Shown one piece after another: positions 18,220 through 28,662 of a stretch of DNA of 64,000 bases. The position numbers were made by a program, and so were the translations under genes. The notes below the pieces were generated by a model that was given only the letters and a program-made list of their open reading frames with translations, ran no database searches and had not been told where the DNA came from. The DNA comes from Gammaproteobacteria bacterium (lineage in GTDB: Bacteria; Pseudomonadota; Gammaproteobacteria; JAJPIJ01): contig JAJPIJ010000051.1 of assembly GCA_021324815.1 (NCBI GenBank), positions 2,188-66,187 of the forward strand. The letters run 5' to 3'. Position 1 is the first letter of the stretch. Each line of letters starts with the position of its first letter.

Positions 18220-19803
18220 TCACAATGAAATCTGCATGGCCTTCTTCACCGCCGGAATGGCGCGCACGCGCGCCAGTTGCTCGTCCGTCAGCGGCGCGGC
18301 GATGCCCAACGCGGCGACCGCCTGATCGCTGCCCGGGGCGAGACCGATCTGCATGCGGGCGATGTTGATTCCCGCGTCACCCAGCAGCGTGCCCAGCGCG
18401 CCGACCACGCCCGGCTGATCCTGGTGGCGGGTGAACAGCAGATGTCCCTCCAGCGCCACCTCCAGTTCGTAATCATTGATGCGCACCAGCCGCGGATGAC
18501 GTTCATCGAACAATGTGCCGGCCAGCGTGATCCGATCCGCGCCGAAACGGCCACCCACCCGCAACAGCGAGACATAATCGTGAGTCTCCTCCGAACGCGA
18601 TTCACTGGTGGTGATGCCCTGCTGTCGGGCGATATGCGCGGCATTGACGCGGTTGACCGTGGCGGCATGGTGTTCGCGCAGAAACCCGATCAACGCCTCG
18701 ACCGCGACCGGCATGGGATCGAGCGCCGCCGCCTGGCCGTGCAGCGTGACCTCCAGATGCTCCAGCGGCGCCGGCGCCATGCGCGCCAGCAGCCGGCCGA
18801 GCTGCAGCGCCAGCGCCTGATGGGGCCGCAGACGCTCCGCCTGTTCGCGCGAGAGCCGCGGCAGATTGACGGCGCCGGCGGCCTCGCCATTGTGCAGGAA
18901 GGCGGTGATCATCCGCGCGATCTCGACGCCGACGGCCTGCTGCGCCTCGGCGGTCGCGGCGCCCAGGTGCGGCGTGAATTCAACGTTCGGCAGTTCAAAC
19001 AGCGGCGAGGCGCCCGGCGGCTCCTGCTCGAAGACATCGAGCGCGGCGCCGGCCAGATGGCCGGATTTCAGCGCCTCATACAGCGCCTTCTCATCGACCA
19101 GGCCGCCGCGCGCGCAGTTGATGAGCCGGGCGCCGGGCTTCATCCTCGCGATCCTCCCGGCGTCCAGCAGATGACGTGTCGCATCAATCAATGGACAGTG
19201 CAGGGTCACAAAATCCGACCGGGCGAGCAGCGAGTCGAGGTCGGCCGCTGTCACGCCCCGCTCCGCGAATACGCCGGCGGTGACGAAGGGGTCATGACAG
19301 AGCACGCGCATCTTGAGGCCCAGACCGCGGGCGGCAACGATGCGGCCGATGTTGCCAAAACCGATCACACCAAGCGTCTTGCCGGCGACCTCGGCGCCGG
19401 TGAACTGGGAGCGTTTCCACTCGCCGGCCCGCACGGAACGATCCGCCGCCGGCAACCGCCGGCAGAGCGAGAACAGATGCGCGATGGCGAGCTCCGCGGC
19501 GCTGTTGGCGTTCGCCTCCGGCGTGTTCATCACCACGATGCCCAGTTCGGTGGCGGCGGCGACGTCAATGTTGTCCACGCCGATGCCGGCGCGGCCCACG
19601 ACCTTGAGCCGCCGACCGGCCGCGAGCACGTTGCGGGTCACGCGCGTGGCGCTGCGAACAATGAGCGCATCGGCCTCGCGGACGCGCCCGCACAACTCCG
19701 GCTCCTTGATGCCCACCGCCACTTCAACCATGCAATCCGCCTGCGACTTCAAATAATCAATGCCGTCCCGGGCGATGTCGTCGGCCACCAGTATGAGATG
19801 CAA
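18220..19803 (-). CDS. serA: D-3-phosphoglycerate dehydrogenase (long form with ACT domain)
   Basis: 527 aa. 2-hydroxyacid dehydrogenase NAD-binding GxGxxG (GVIGFGNIG), catalytic region, C-terminal ACT-like domain. Confidence 0.9.
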   Translation of the reverse strand: MHLILVADDIARDGIDYLKSQADCMVEVAVGIKEPELCGRVREADALIVRSATRVTRNVLAAGRRLKVVGRAGIGVDNIDVAAATELGIVVMNTPEANANSAAELAIAHLFSLCRRLPAADRSVRAGEWKRSQFTGAEVAGKTLGVIGFGNIGRIVAARGLGLKMRVLCHDPFVTAGVFAERGVTAADLDSLLARSDFVTLHCPLIDATRHLLDAGRIARMKPGARLINCARGGLVDEKALYEALKSGHLAGAALDVFEQEPPGASPLFELPNVEFTPHLGAATAEAQQAVGVEIARMITAFLHNGEAAGAVNLPRLSREQAERLRPHQALALQLGRLLARMAPAPLEHLEVTLHGQAAALDPMPVAVEALIGFLREHHAATVNRVNAAHIARQQGITTSESRSEETHDYVSLLRVGGRFGADRITLAGTLFDERHPRLVRINDYELEVALEGHLLFTRHQDQPGVVGALGTLLGDAGINIARMQIGLAPGSDQAVAALGIAAPLTDEQLARVRAIPAVKKAMQISL

Positions 19804-19833
19804 GGAGGTCCCCTCTTCCGGATGATTGCGCCG

Positions 19834-20986
19834 TCAGGCGCCGGTTTTTAGGCGATTGTATGCCCACGCGATCCATGGCAACAAATTCATGACATCGGCG
19901 GCGTCCACGGTGGCGCCGCACCACAGGCGCAGGCCGGGCGGCGCGTCACGATGGGCGGCGATGTCGTAGGCCACCTGCTCCGCCTCGAGCAGCCTGCAGA
20001 GCTGCTTCACCACCCGCCAGCGCTCCTCCAGGGACTGCCGCGTAAACCACGGATCGGTGAACTTGAGGCACACGGAAGTGCACGAGCGCGTCTCGGGGCG
20101 CTCGGCGAGAAAATCGATCCACGGCGTGCGCTCCACCCAGGAGGCGACCACGGCCAGATTGCGCTCGCTGCGCGCGATCAATTCCGGCACGCCGCCGATC
20201 GACGCCGCCCATTTCAGCGCGTCGAGTTGATCCTCGACGCAAAGCATCGATGGCGTATTGATGGTGTGGCCTTTGAAGATTTCCTCATCCAGCTTCCCCT
20301 GCTTGAGCAGGCGGAATAGCTTGGGCAGCGGCCATGGCGGCGCGTGGGATTCCAGCCGCGCCACGGCGCGCGGACTCAGGATCAGCATGCCGTGCGCGGC
20401 CTCGCCGCCCAGCACCTTCTGCCAGGAGTAGGTGACGACGTCGAGTTTCGGCCACGGCAGCGCCATCGCGAACACCGCCGAAGTGGCGTCGCAGAGGGTC
20501 AGACCCTGCCGGTCATCGGCGATCCAGTCGCCGTGCGGCACCCGCACGCCGGAGGTGGTGCCGTTCCAGGTGAACACCACGTCGCGGTTGCAGTCCACGC
20601 GGCCCAAATCGGGCAGCCGGCCATAGTCGGCCTGATGCACGCGCACGTCGCGCAGCTTCAATTCGCTTTTGACGTCGTGCACCCAGCCCAGGCCGAAGCT
20701 TTCCCACGCCAGCAGGTCGACCCCGCGCGCGCCGAGCAGCGACCACATCGCCATCTCCATCGCGCCGGTGTCCGAACCCGGCACGATCGCCAGCCTGTAG
20801 TCCCCCGGCAGTTGCAGCAGCGCGCGGCTCAGCGACAACACCTCCCGCAGACGGCCGAGACCGTCCGCCGAGCGGTGTGATCGACCGAGCAGGGCGCCGC
20901 GCAACGCATCCGGCGACCAGCCGGGACGCTTGGCACAGGGACCTGAGGAAAAAAAGGGTCGTTCGGGCCGCAGGGTGGGTCGATTC
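19834..20986 (-). CDS. serC: phosphoserine aminotransferase (short class V aminotransferase type)
   Basis: [16 protein letters not shown]-terminal motif, about 380 aa. Start probably a non-ATG codon near 20986. The longer 432-aa extension in the ORF track is discounted. Confidence 0.7.
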
Positions 20987-21353
20987 AACTGATGGATTCC
21001 CGGGTTAAGAACCTTCGTGCCTATTCTACCCCTTATCACCACGCACGAGATGGAGATCTCCACCCGCGCCGCGAGCAAACACCGCCCCAGCCACCTCGAT
21101 TCCGGCATCATGCGCCCGGTTCGAGTCTTCACCCCGGCCGCCGGCTGCCGTTTCCCGGGCGGCGATCGCCGGGCATTGACATCTATTCACCATCAAGAAA
21201 ATCCTGATAAATATGGGGTTATGTGACATAGTTCCAATCGACCCGGAGTGCGGCACTCGACTTCCGGCACAAGGGCTGCCACACTTAATCCATGGGAACC
21301 CCGTGCCCCCTGCTGGTAACGAAACTGCGGGATGATCAACTCAACAAGAAAGG

Positions 21354-21860
21354 GTGAAGCTTATGAAGACAATCAGTAAAGTCCTGTCCGCCACCGCGAT
21401 CGCGCTTGCCGCCGTCGCGCCCGCCAGTCACGCGACGGAGGGTTCCGCCGGCGTCCAGGTTGGCGTGCTGACCTGCACCGTCGTGCCGGGCAGCCGCGTG
21501 AATCTGTTGATCCGTTCCACCGCCGACGTCACATGCACCTATGAGAATCAGGGGCAGACCGAAAAATACAAGGGCGAGACCGGCATCGCGCTGGGCCTGG
21601 ACCTGAGCTTCAAGAATGACGAAAAATTCGCCTTTGCGGTGATCGCCGCCTCCGCGGACGTCAAGCCCGGCGCGCACGCACTGGCCGGCAAGTACGTGGG
21701 CGGCACGGCCGGCGCCAACGCGGGCGTGGGCCTGAGCGCCTCCGCGTTGATCGGCGGCGGCAACAAGAACATCAGCCTGCAACCGCTCGCGCTCGGCACC
21801 AGCACCGGTGTGGGTGTCGCCGGCGGCATCGGCTTCCTGTACATCGAAGCCGCGAACTGA
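21354..21860 (+). CDS. DUF992-like secreted protein
   Basis: Signal peptide, GVLTCTVVPG...VTCTY paired-Cys pattern, Gly/Ala-rich C-terminus. Family from memory. Confidence 0.45.
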   Translation: MKLMKTISKVLSATAIALAAVAPASHATEGSAGVQVGVLTCTVVPGSRVNLLIRSTADVTCTYENQGQTEKYKGETGIALGLDLSFKNDEKFAFAVIAASADVKPGAHALAGKYVGGTAGANAGVGLSASALIGGGNKNISLQPLALGTSTGVGVAGGIGFLYIEAAN

Positions 21861-22031
21861 GTTCAAGTTTCCGGATTCTCCGGCGCCGGCTCCGCCGCCG
21901 GCGCCGGCTTGTCTTTCCCCCGACATCGCCGCGGCTCCATTTCGCGGACATAGTCACCGGTTCAAGTGACTTGAACCGCAGCGGTGCCTCTCCTATTCTG
22001 AACGGCGCCCGTTCCGTCGCAGTTTGACGCC

Positions 22032-23933
22032 ATGATCGAAAAGTCATACAGAAACGCCCTGCCGGCCGGGCACTCCCTGCTCTGGTACAGCATAGAACGC
22101 GTGCTGGGACAGGGGGCCTTCGGCATCACTTATCTGGCCCGCGACGTGAATCTCGATCGCCGCGTGGCCATCAAGGAATTTTTGCCCGGACAATACGCCA
22201 CGCGCGAGGGCGATCAATCCGTGCGCACGCTGTCGGCCGATCTGCACGTCGAGTTTCATCAGGGACTGGAGCGCTTCCTGAAGGAGGCGCGCACGCTGGC
22301 GAAGTTCGAGCATGCCAACCTGGTGCGCGTGCTGAACGTCTTCGAGGCCAATCACACCGCCTACATGGTGATGACCTACGAGGAGGGACGGACGCTGAAG
22401 GACGTGCTCGCCCGCACCGGCACGCTCAACGAGGGTGATCTGCGGCTGCTGCTGATGCCGCTGCTGGACGGTCTGGAACACATCCACGACGCCAGTTTCA
22501 TTCACCGCGACATCAAGCCCGCCAACATTTTCATCCGCAACGACGGCAGCCCGGTGCTGATCGATTTCGGCTCCGCGCGCCAGGCAGTGCGCGGCCAGTC
22601 GCTCACGCTGACCAATTTCGTCTCGCAGGGCTACGCGGCCATCGAGCAATATTCCAGCCGCAGCGACAAGCAGGGGCCGTGGACGGACATCTACGGCATG
22701 GGCGCCACCCTGTTCCGGGCGATGACCGGCAAGGCGCCGGCGGACGCGGTGGATCGCAGCGAGGCCATCAGCCATGGCAACGCCGACGTCCTGGCCCGCC
22801 TCTCCAGCACCGTCGCGGAAAGATATTCGAAATCTTTCATACAGGCGGTGGAGCACGCCCTCGCCTTTCGCGCCCACGATCGCCCTCAATCGGTGGCCGA
22901 ATGGCGTCCCGAGTTCGACGTGACGCCCGTGACTTTGGTGAAATCCGCCGCCGGCGAATCGACAACGGCGCCGGTCACTCCGCCCGCGGCCGAACCACGA
23001 ACCGTTTTGATGAGCACCGCCGGGGAGGTGAAGACCGTCCTGCAGCCGCGGCCTGATCAAGGCGGTGAAGCGGGCGGCGCGCAGGTGCCGCCGAGCGAGG
23101 CGGAGACGGTGGCCCGGCCGCCTTCCGCCGCCAATACGCCGGTCCCACCCGCGCTGGCGCGGCGCACGCGGCGCCTGCAGCCGCACATGACCTATCGTGT
23201 GGCGTTGCTGATTGCGATTGTGATCGCGCTGGCGGTCCCCGCCTACAAATTTTTCGCCCCCGGCGGCCCTGAGGAGAACGTGCCGGCGGCGACGACGACC
23301 GCCACCACGGCGCCCCCGCCGGTGCTAACCGCCACGCCCCCCGCCGAAGGGACCCGGCCTCCCGTCGCCGCCGTCCCCGACCATCCGGTGCCGCCCCCCG
23401 TCCCCGGCGGCGCGACGATGCCGCCACCGGCGCCGGCGCAATCCCCCGACCAGCAGCGGGCGCAAAAGATTGCCGCCCTGCTCGCCGCGGCGCGTGCCGA
23501 CATCAACGCGCTGCGGCTGACCACGCCCAAGGAGGACAACGCCTTCGACAACTACCTGCAGGTGCTGGCGCTCGACTCCGGCAACGCCGAAGCGCAAAAG
23601 GGGATCACCGCCATCGCCCAGAAGTATGTGGAACTGACCTACCGCGATCTGGACGGCAACAATCCCACCCGCGCGGAGACGTACCTCAAAAAAGCCGAGG
23701 AGATCGCGCCGCAGGCGGATTTCGTCAAGGATGCGCGCAAGACTTTCGACGCCAGGCGCAATCCGCCGCCGCCGGCCTCCGCCGCCGGGGAAAAACCGAA
23801 GGAGGAAACCGAATCACTGAAGGACAAGGCCGCCGATTTCAAGCAGCGCTTCGAAGACTTCCTGAAGTCGCAGCCGCCGGCGCAGAAAACCCGCGCCGAT
23901 GAAATGCGCGAGCGCCTCGGAGGCAGCCATTGA
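22032..23933 (+). CDS. membrane-anchored Hanks-type Ser/Thr protein kinase with Pro-rich linker and periplasmic TPR-like C-terminal domain
   Basis: GQGAFG...VAIKE, HRDIKPAN, DFG motifs. TM segment VALLIAIVIALAVPAY. Confidence 0.85.
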   Translation: MIEKSYRNALPAGHSLLWYSIERVLGQGAFGITYLARDVNLDRRVAIKEFLPGQYATREGDQSVRTLSADLHVEFHQGLERFLKEARTLAKFEHANLVRVLNVFEANHTAYMVMTYEEGRTLKDVLARTGTLNEGDLRLLLMPLLDGLEHIHDASFIHRDIKPANIFIRNDGSPVLIDFGSARQAVRGQSLTLTNFVSQGYAAIEQYSSRSDKQGPWTDIYGMGATLFRAMTGKAPADAVDRSEAISHGNADVLARLSSTVAERYSKSFIQAVEHALAFRAHDRPQSVAEWRPEFDVTPVTLVKSAAGESTTAPVTPPAAEPRTVLMSTAGEVKTVLQPRPDQGGEAGGAQVPPSEAETVARPPSAANTPVPPALARRTRRLQPHMTYRVALLIAIVIALAVPAYKFFAPGGPEENVPAATTTATTAPPPVLTATPPAEGTRPPVAAVPDHPVPPPVPGGATMPPPAPAQSPDQQRAQKIAALLAAARADINALRLTTPKEDNAFDNYLQVLALDSGNAEAQKGITAIAQKYVELTYRDLDGNNPTRAETYLKKAEEIAPQADFVKDARKTFDARRNPPPPASAAGEKPKEETESLKDKAADFKQRFEDFLKSQPPAQKTRADEMRERLGGSH

Positions 23934-23966
23934 GATCGCCATCGGGGGAGGGGGCGGCGGGCGCGA

Positions 23967-24623
23967 TCAACCCCCCTGCCGGTCGGGACGATAAAGCTCG
24001 TAGGCCTTGGCGTATTCCATGATGCGGGCCACCTCCCGCACGAAGGCTTCGTCGTAGCCCGCGCGCTCCAGGAGATAAAATCCCATTTCCATGCCGCTGG
24101 CGATGCCGCCGCCTGTGATGATGCGCCCGGCGTCGACGATGCGGGCACGCGAAATTTTCGCCGCGGGCGCGATCTCGGCCAGCCGGTCGATGGGCACCCT
24201 GCCCATGTTCGAGGCCTCGATTCGATCGGGCTCCTTGCGGTTGGTCGCCGGCAGGCCATCGAGCAGTCCCATCTGACCGTAGATCCAGCTGCCCGTGCAC
24301 ACGCTGGTCAACAGCGTCGCCTCCGGCAGTTCCTGGATGTAGCGGTGCAGATTGGCGTTGTAGGTTTCCTGGCGCGTGCCGAGGCCACCGGGAATGAGAA
24401 AGGCATCCATCGCGGGATGATCCGCGAAAGCGTAATTGGGCAGCACGGTGAATCCAGCCTGCGTCTGCACCGGGCGCAGACTCTCCGCGATCAAAAAGGC
24501 ATCGAGCGACGGATCGAGGCGGCGCGCCACGGAGAAGACCCCATACGGCGCGGCGAAATCCACGATCTCCGCGTCCTTGAACACGTACACTCCGAGCCGG
24601 AATCCGGGCTTGTGCGACATCAT
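23967..24623 (-). CDS. DJ-1/PfpI family protein (isonitrile-hydratase-like glutamine amidotransferase fold)
   Basis: Nucleophile elbow SVCTGS. About 218 aa. Confidence 0.75.
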   Translation of the reverse strand: MMSHKPGFRLGVYVFKDAEIVDFAAPYGVFSVARRLDPSLDAFLIAESLRPVQTQAGFTVLPNYAFADHPAMDAFLIPGGLGTRQETYNANLHRYIQELPEATLLTSVCTGSWIYGQMGLLDGLPATNRKEPDRIEASNMGRVPIDRLAEIAPAAKISRARIVDAGRIITGGGIASGMEMGFYLLERAGYDEAFVREVARIMEYAKAYELYRPDRQGG

Positions 24624-25131
24624 TACCCTCCCTTCGCTGTTCATCGTCTCAATGTTTGCACGAACCCGGCCGGGGGGAAAGCGGTGGCCTCGGGAATCAC
24701 CGCCCACCCCGTCTCCCGCCGCGGGCCCAGGCCGCCTGCATCAGGTGCGGCTCAACCACGGACTTCCGCGCCCTTCCCGCCGGGAATGAGGGAGGAATCC
24801 GGCACATGGATGCCGGACGCGATCTTCTGGCATGATTGGCGCGCCACTGCGCGGAGGACCCGGCATGAGCGGCCCCAAAACCGTCACCAAGACGCTGGGG
24901 GGCGAAACCATCATCGAGATGCTGATCGAGGGCCTGCAACGCAACGCCGGCGATCGTGAGATCCGCGGCCTGATACGGGAAATCCGCGCCAGGGGCTTCA
25001 AGCGCCGCCATGTGCCCGCCAAGGTGGAAAAAAACCATCGGCGCCGCGGCGCGCCTCAAGCAATTGAGCGGAGGTTCAAAATCCCCCGGGCCGCCGCAGC
25101 GGCAAGCCCTGCAAGGAGTCCAGGCCCGTGT

Positions 25132-25359
25132 TCAGTGCGAGTGCGGGGCGATGCAGTTCAATGTCTCCAGGCGGGGAACGATCAAGCGCTCCCGGCGTTC
25201 CAGTTCCGCCGCCCGCGGCGTGATCAGCCCGTCCAGCAACCGCTGGACGCTCTGGGGGTATTGCCGTTCCCTGGAGAAATAAAGCAGACCGTGCAGCGCC
25301 ATGAGTTCACGGCGCAACAGATCAGTGGGATCATTGCTGGCGTTGTTCATGCCGGCCAC
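25132..25359 (-). CDS. small hypothetical protein (75 aa)
   Basis: Codon third-position GC bias consistent with coding. Immediately downstream of the RND permease. Confidence 0.3.
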   Translation of the reverse strand: MAGMNNASNDPTDLLRRELMALHGLLYFSRERQYPQSVQRLLDGLITPRAAELERRERLIVPRLETLNCIAPHSH

Positions 25360-25458
25360 CTCCTCGTCAGGGGACGGGGAGGATCATGCCCGCCAAATTT
25401 TACAGCTTCGTGAAACCCGCGGGACTCAGCCGCCGCGCCGGCGGGATTGGACTCCGCA

Positions 25459-28400
25459 TCAGGCCGGGCCGGAGCCCCCCGTCGCCGGCACTGTAACGGC
25501 GCCGCGGATCCGCTGATTCGTTCCGCGCCGTTCGACGAACCAGCGGATGACGGAGTAAAACACCGGCGTCAGCATGAGACCGAAGAAGGTCACGCCCAGC
25601 ATGCCGAAGAATACCGGCGTGCCCAGCGCCTGGCGCATCTCCGCGCCGGCGCCGGTGGAAAGCATGAGCGGCACCACGCCCATGACGAAGGCGAACGAGG
25701 TCATAAGGATCGGCCGCAGCCGCAGCCTGCAGGCCTCCAGGGCGGCCTCGACGCGCGACAGTCCCTGATCCTGGCGCGCCTTGGCGAACTCGACCAGCAG
25801 GATGGCGTTCTTGCTCGCCAGTCCCACCAGCACCAGGAGCGCCACCTGCGTGAAGATGTTGTTGTCGCCATGGCGCAGATCGACGCCGGCCAGCGCGCAC
25901 ATGATCGTCATTGGCAGGATGAGGATCACCGACAGCGGCAGCGACCAGCTCTCGTAGAACGCCGACAGCACCAGGAACACCAGCAGCGTGGACAGCGCGA
26001 ACACGTACAGCGCGATGTTGCCGGCGAGGATTTGCAGGTAACTCAACTCCGTCCACTCGAATCCCATCGACACCGGCAGTTCGCGCCTGGCGAGATTTTC
26101 CATGATGGCCACCGCCTGGCCGGAGCTGTAGCCCGGCGCGGGCGCGCCGTTGATCTCGATGGCCGGGTAGGTGTTGTAGCGCACGATGCGATCCGGGCCG
26201 CTGATCTCCTCCAGGTGCAGCAGCCCGCCCAGCGGCACCATCTCCCCGCGGCTGTTGCGAACCTTGAGCTGGCGGATGTCGTCCGCCCGCATGCGGAAGG
26301 GCGCGTCCGCCTGCGCCGTCACCTGGTAGGTGCGGCCGAACAGGTTGAGGTCGTTGACGTACAGCGAGCCCAGATAGATCTGCAGGGTGTCGAAAATGTC
26401 CGACAGCGGGATGCCCTGCGACTTGGCCTGCACACGATCGATGTCGGCGTAAATCTGCGGCTCGTTGTTCTGCACGCTGGTGAACAGGCCGACCACGCCG
26501 CGCTCGCGATGGCCGGCCTCGATGAGCTTCTGGACCGCGGCATACAGGCGATCCTGCCCCTCGGCGGCGCGGTCCTGCACCTGCAGCTTGAAACCGCCCA
26601 GACTGCCCAGACCGAGGATGGGCGGCGGCGGGAACACGCCGATGAAGGCGTCCTGGATGACGCCCAGCTTCTGATTCAGCGAACTCAGGATGCGCCCGAG
26701 CGTCTCGCCGCGCTCCACCCGCTCGTGGAAATCCCTGAGCGGCACGAAGATGGTGCCGGCGTTGGGCGTGTTGGCGAAACTGACGACGGAAAATCCGGGG
26801 AAGGCCACGGCGCCGGCGACGCCCGGCTCCGAAAGGATGATGTCGGAGGCGCGGCGGACCACGGCCTCGGTGCGATCGAGCGACGCGGCGGGTGGCAGTT
26901 GCGCGTAGACCACGAGGTAGCCCTTGTCCTGCGCCGGGATGAAGCCCGCGGGGACGCGCTGGGTCTCGAGGAAGGTGAGCACCAGCAGGCCGGCGTACAC
27001 CAGCAGCACCACCACGGCCAGCCGCAGCAGGCGGCCCACCAGCGCGGCGTAGAGGCTCGATCCGAACCGGAAGGCCATGTTGAAAATCCGGAAGAACCAC
27101 CCCAGGAACAGGTTCATGACCCGGGTCGGCAGATCAGGCCTGTCGACGTGCGACTTGAGCAGCAGGGCGGCCAGCGCCGGACTCAGGGAAAGCGAGTTGA
27201 AGGTCGAGATGATCGTCGAGGCGGCGATGGTCAGCGCGAACTGCTTGTAGAACTGGCCGTTGATGCCGGTGATGAACGCGGCCGGTACGAACACGGCGAT
27301 GAGCACGAGCGCGATGGCGATGATGGGGCCGCTGACCTCGTTCATCGCCTGCCGCGTCGCGTCGCGCGGCGACTGGCCCGAGGCGATGTGGCGCTCCACG
27401 TTTTCCACCACCACGATGGCGTCGTCGACGACGATGCCGATGGCGAGGATGAGCCCGAACAACGACAGCGTGTTGATCGAGAAGCCCATCGCCGCCATCA
27501 CGCCGAAGGTGCCGACGATGGACACCGGCACCGCCAGCAGCGGGATGATGGCGGCGCGCCAGGTCTGCAGGAAGACCAGCACCACGATGACGACCAGCGT
27601 CAGGGCCTCGAAAAAGGTGTGGACCACGGCGTCGATGGATTGCTGCACAAACACCGTCGTGTCGTAGACGATGCGGTAATCGATGCCCTCCGGGAAGCGG
27701 CTCTTGAGCCTCGCCATCAACTGCTTGATGTCGGCGGCGGTGGCCAGGGCGTTGGCGCCGGATCGCAGCGAGATCGGTATGGCGGCGGCCGGCTCGTTGT
27801 TGAGCAGGCTGCGCAGCGAATAGCGGCTGGCGCCCAGCTCGATGCGCGCCACGTCGCGCAGCCGCGTCACCTGCCCCGCCTGCCCGTACTTGACGATGAT
27901 GTTGCCGAAATCCTCCACCGTGGTGAGACGTCCGCGGGTGGTGACCGTGAACTGGAAGGAAACCGAATTGTCGGCGGGCGACTGGCCGACCACGCCGGCG
28001 GCCACCTGGACGTTTTGTTCGCGCACGGCGTTGACGATGTCCGTGGCGGTCAGGTTCAGGGCCGCGATCTTTCCGGGATCCAGCCACAGGCGCATGCTGT
28101 AATCGCCGGCGCCGAAGATGCGCGCGTCGCCGACACCCGGCAGGCGCAGCAGTTCGTTGCGGATGTTGAGCAACGCGTAGTTCGACAGGTACAACTGGTC
28201 GTAGCGTTTCGACGGCGATATGAGATGGATGACCAGCAGGATGTCCGGTGAACGCTTGGCGGTGGTGACGCCGAGGCGGCGCACATCCTCCGGCAGCCTG
28301 GGCAGCGCGTTGGAGACCCGGTTCTGCACCTGCATCTGGGCGATGTCGAGATTGTTGCCGATGTCGAAGGTCAGCGTGAGCTGCATCTGCCCGTCCGATG

Positions 28401-28653
28401 TCGATTGCGAGGACATGTACAGCAGCCCCTCCACGCCGTTGATCTCCTGCTCGATGGGCGTGGCCACCGTCTCGGCGATGACCCTGGGGTTGGCGCCCGG
28501 GTAGGACGCCGTCACCACGATGGTCGGCGGAACCACCTCCGGATACTGGGCGATGGGCAGCAGGATCATCGACAGGCCGCCGAGCAGCGTGATCACCGCC
28601 GACAGCACCAGGGCAAAGATGGGCCGATCGATGAAAAAATGCGCCAGTCTCAT
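25459..28653 (-). CDS. multidrug efflux RND permease (AcrB/MexB, HAE1 type)
   Basis: 1064 aa. TM4 motif GIVVDDAIVVVENVERH. Antisense ORFs 25447-28251 and 27134-28087 are rejected. Confidence 0.9.
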   Translation of the reverse strand: MRLAHFFIDRPIFALVLSAVITLLGGLSMILLPIAQYPEVVPPTIVVTASYPGANPRVIAETVATPIEQEINGVEGLLYMSSQSTSDGQMQLTLTFDIGNNLDIAQMQVQNRVSNALPRLPEDVRRLGVTTAKRSPDILLVIHLISPSKRYDQLYLSNYALLNIRNELLRLPGVGDARIFGAGDYSMRLWLDPGKIAALNLTATDIVNAVREQNVQVAAGVVGQSPADNSVSFQFTVTTRGRLTTVEDFGNIIVKYGQAGQVTRLRDVARIELGASRYSLRSLLNNEPAAAIPISLRSGANALATAADIKQLMARLKSRFPEGIDYRIVYDTTVFVQQSIDAVVHTFFEALTLVVIVVLVFLQTWRAAIIPLLAVPVSIVGTFGVMAAMGFSINTLSLFGLILAIGIVVDDAIVVVENVERHIASGQSPRDATRQAMNEVSGPIIAIALVLIAVFVPAAFITGINGQFYKQFALTIAASTIISTFNSLSLSPALAALLLKSHVDRPDLPTRVMNLFLGWFFRIFNMAFRFGSSLYAALVGRLLRLAVVVLLVYAGLLVLTFLETQRVPAGFIPAQDKGYLVVYAQLPPAASLDRTEAVVRRASDIILSEPGVAGAVAFPGFSVVSFANTPNAGTIFVPLRDFHERVERGETLGRILSSLNQKLGVIQDAFIGVFPPPPILGLGSLGGFKLQVQDRAAEGQDRLYAAVQKLIEAGHRERGVVGLFTSVQNNEPQIYADIDRVQAKSQGIPLSDIFDTLQIYLGSLYVNDLNLFGRTYQVTAQADAPFRMRADDIRQLKVRNSRGEMVPLGGLLHLEEISGPDRIVRYNTYPAIEINGAPAPGYSSGQAVAIMENLARRELPVSMGFEWTELSYLQILAGNIALYVFALSTLLVFLVLSAFYESWSLPLSVILILPMTIMCALAGVDLRHGDNNIFTQVALLVLVGLASKNAILLVEFAKARQDQGLSRVEAALEACRLRLRPILMTSFAFVMGVVPLMLSTGAGAEMRQALGTPVFFGMLGVTFFGLMLTPVFYSVIRWFVERRGTNQRIRGAVTVPATGGSGPA

Positions 28654-28662
28654 GGGGCGCGC

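Noticed and set aside
24832-25413. 193-aa plus-strand ORF upstream/opposite of small ORF 25132-25359
   Set aside because: After a plausible first 60 aa it becomes Arg/Ala/Pro-rich read-through. It overlaps a convergent ORF with better codon bias. It cannot be supported beyond a possible short peptide.
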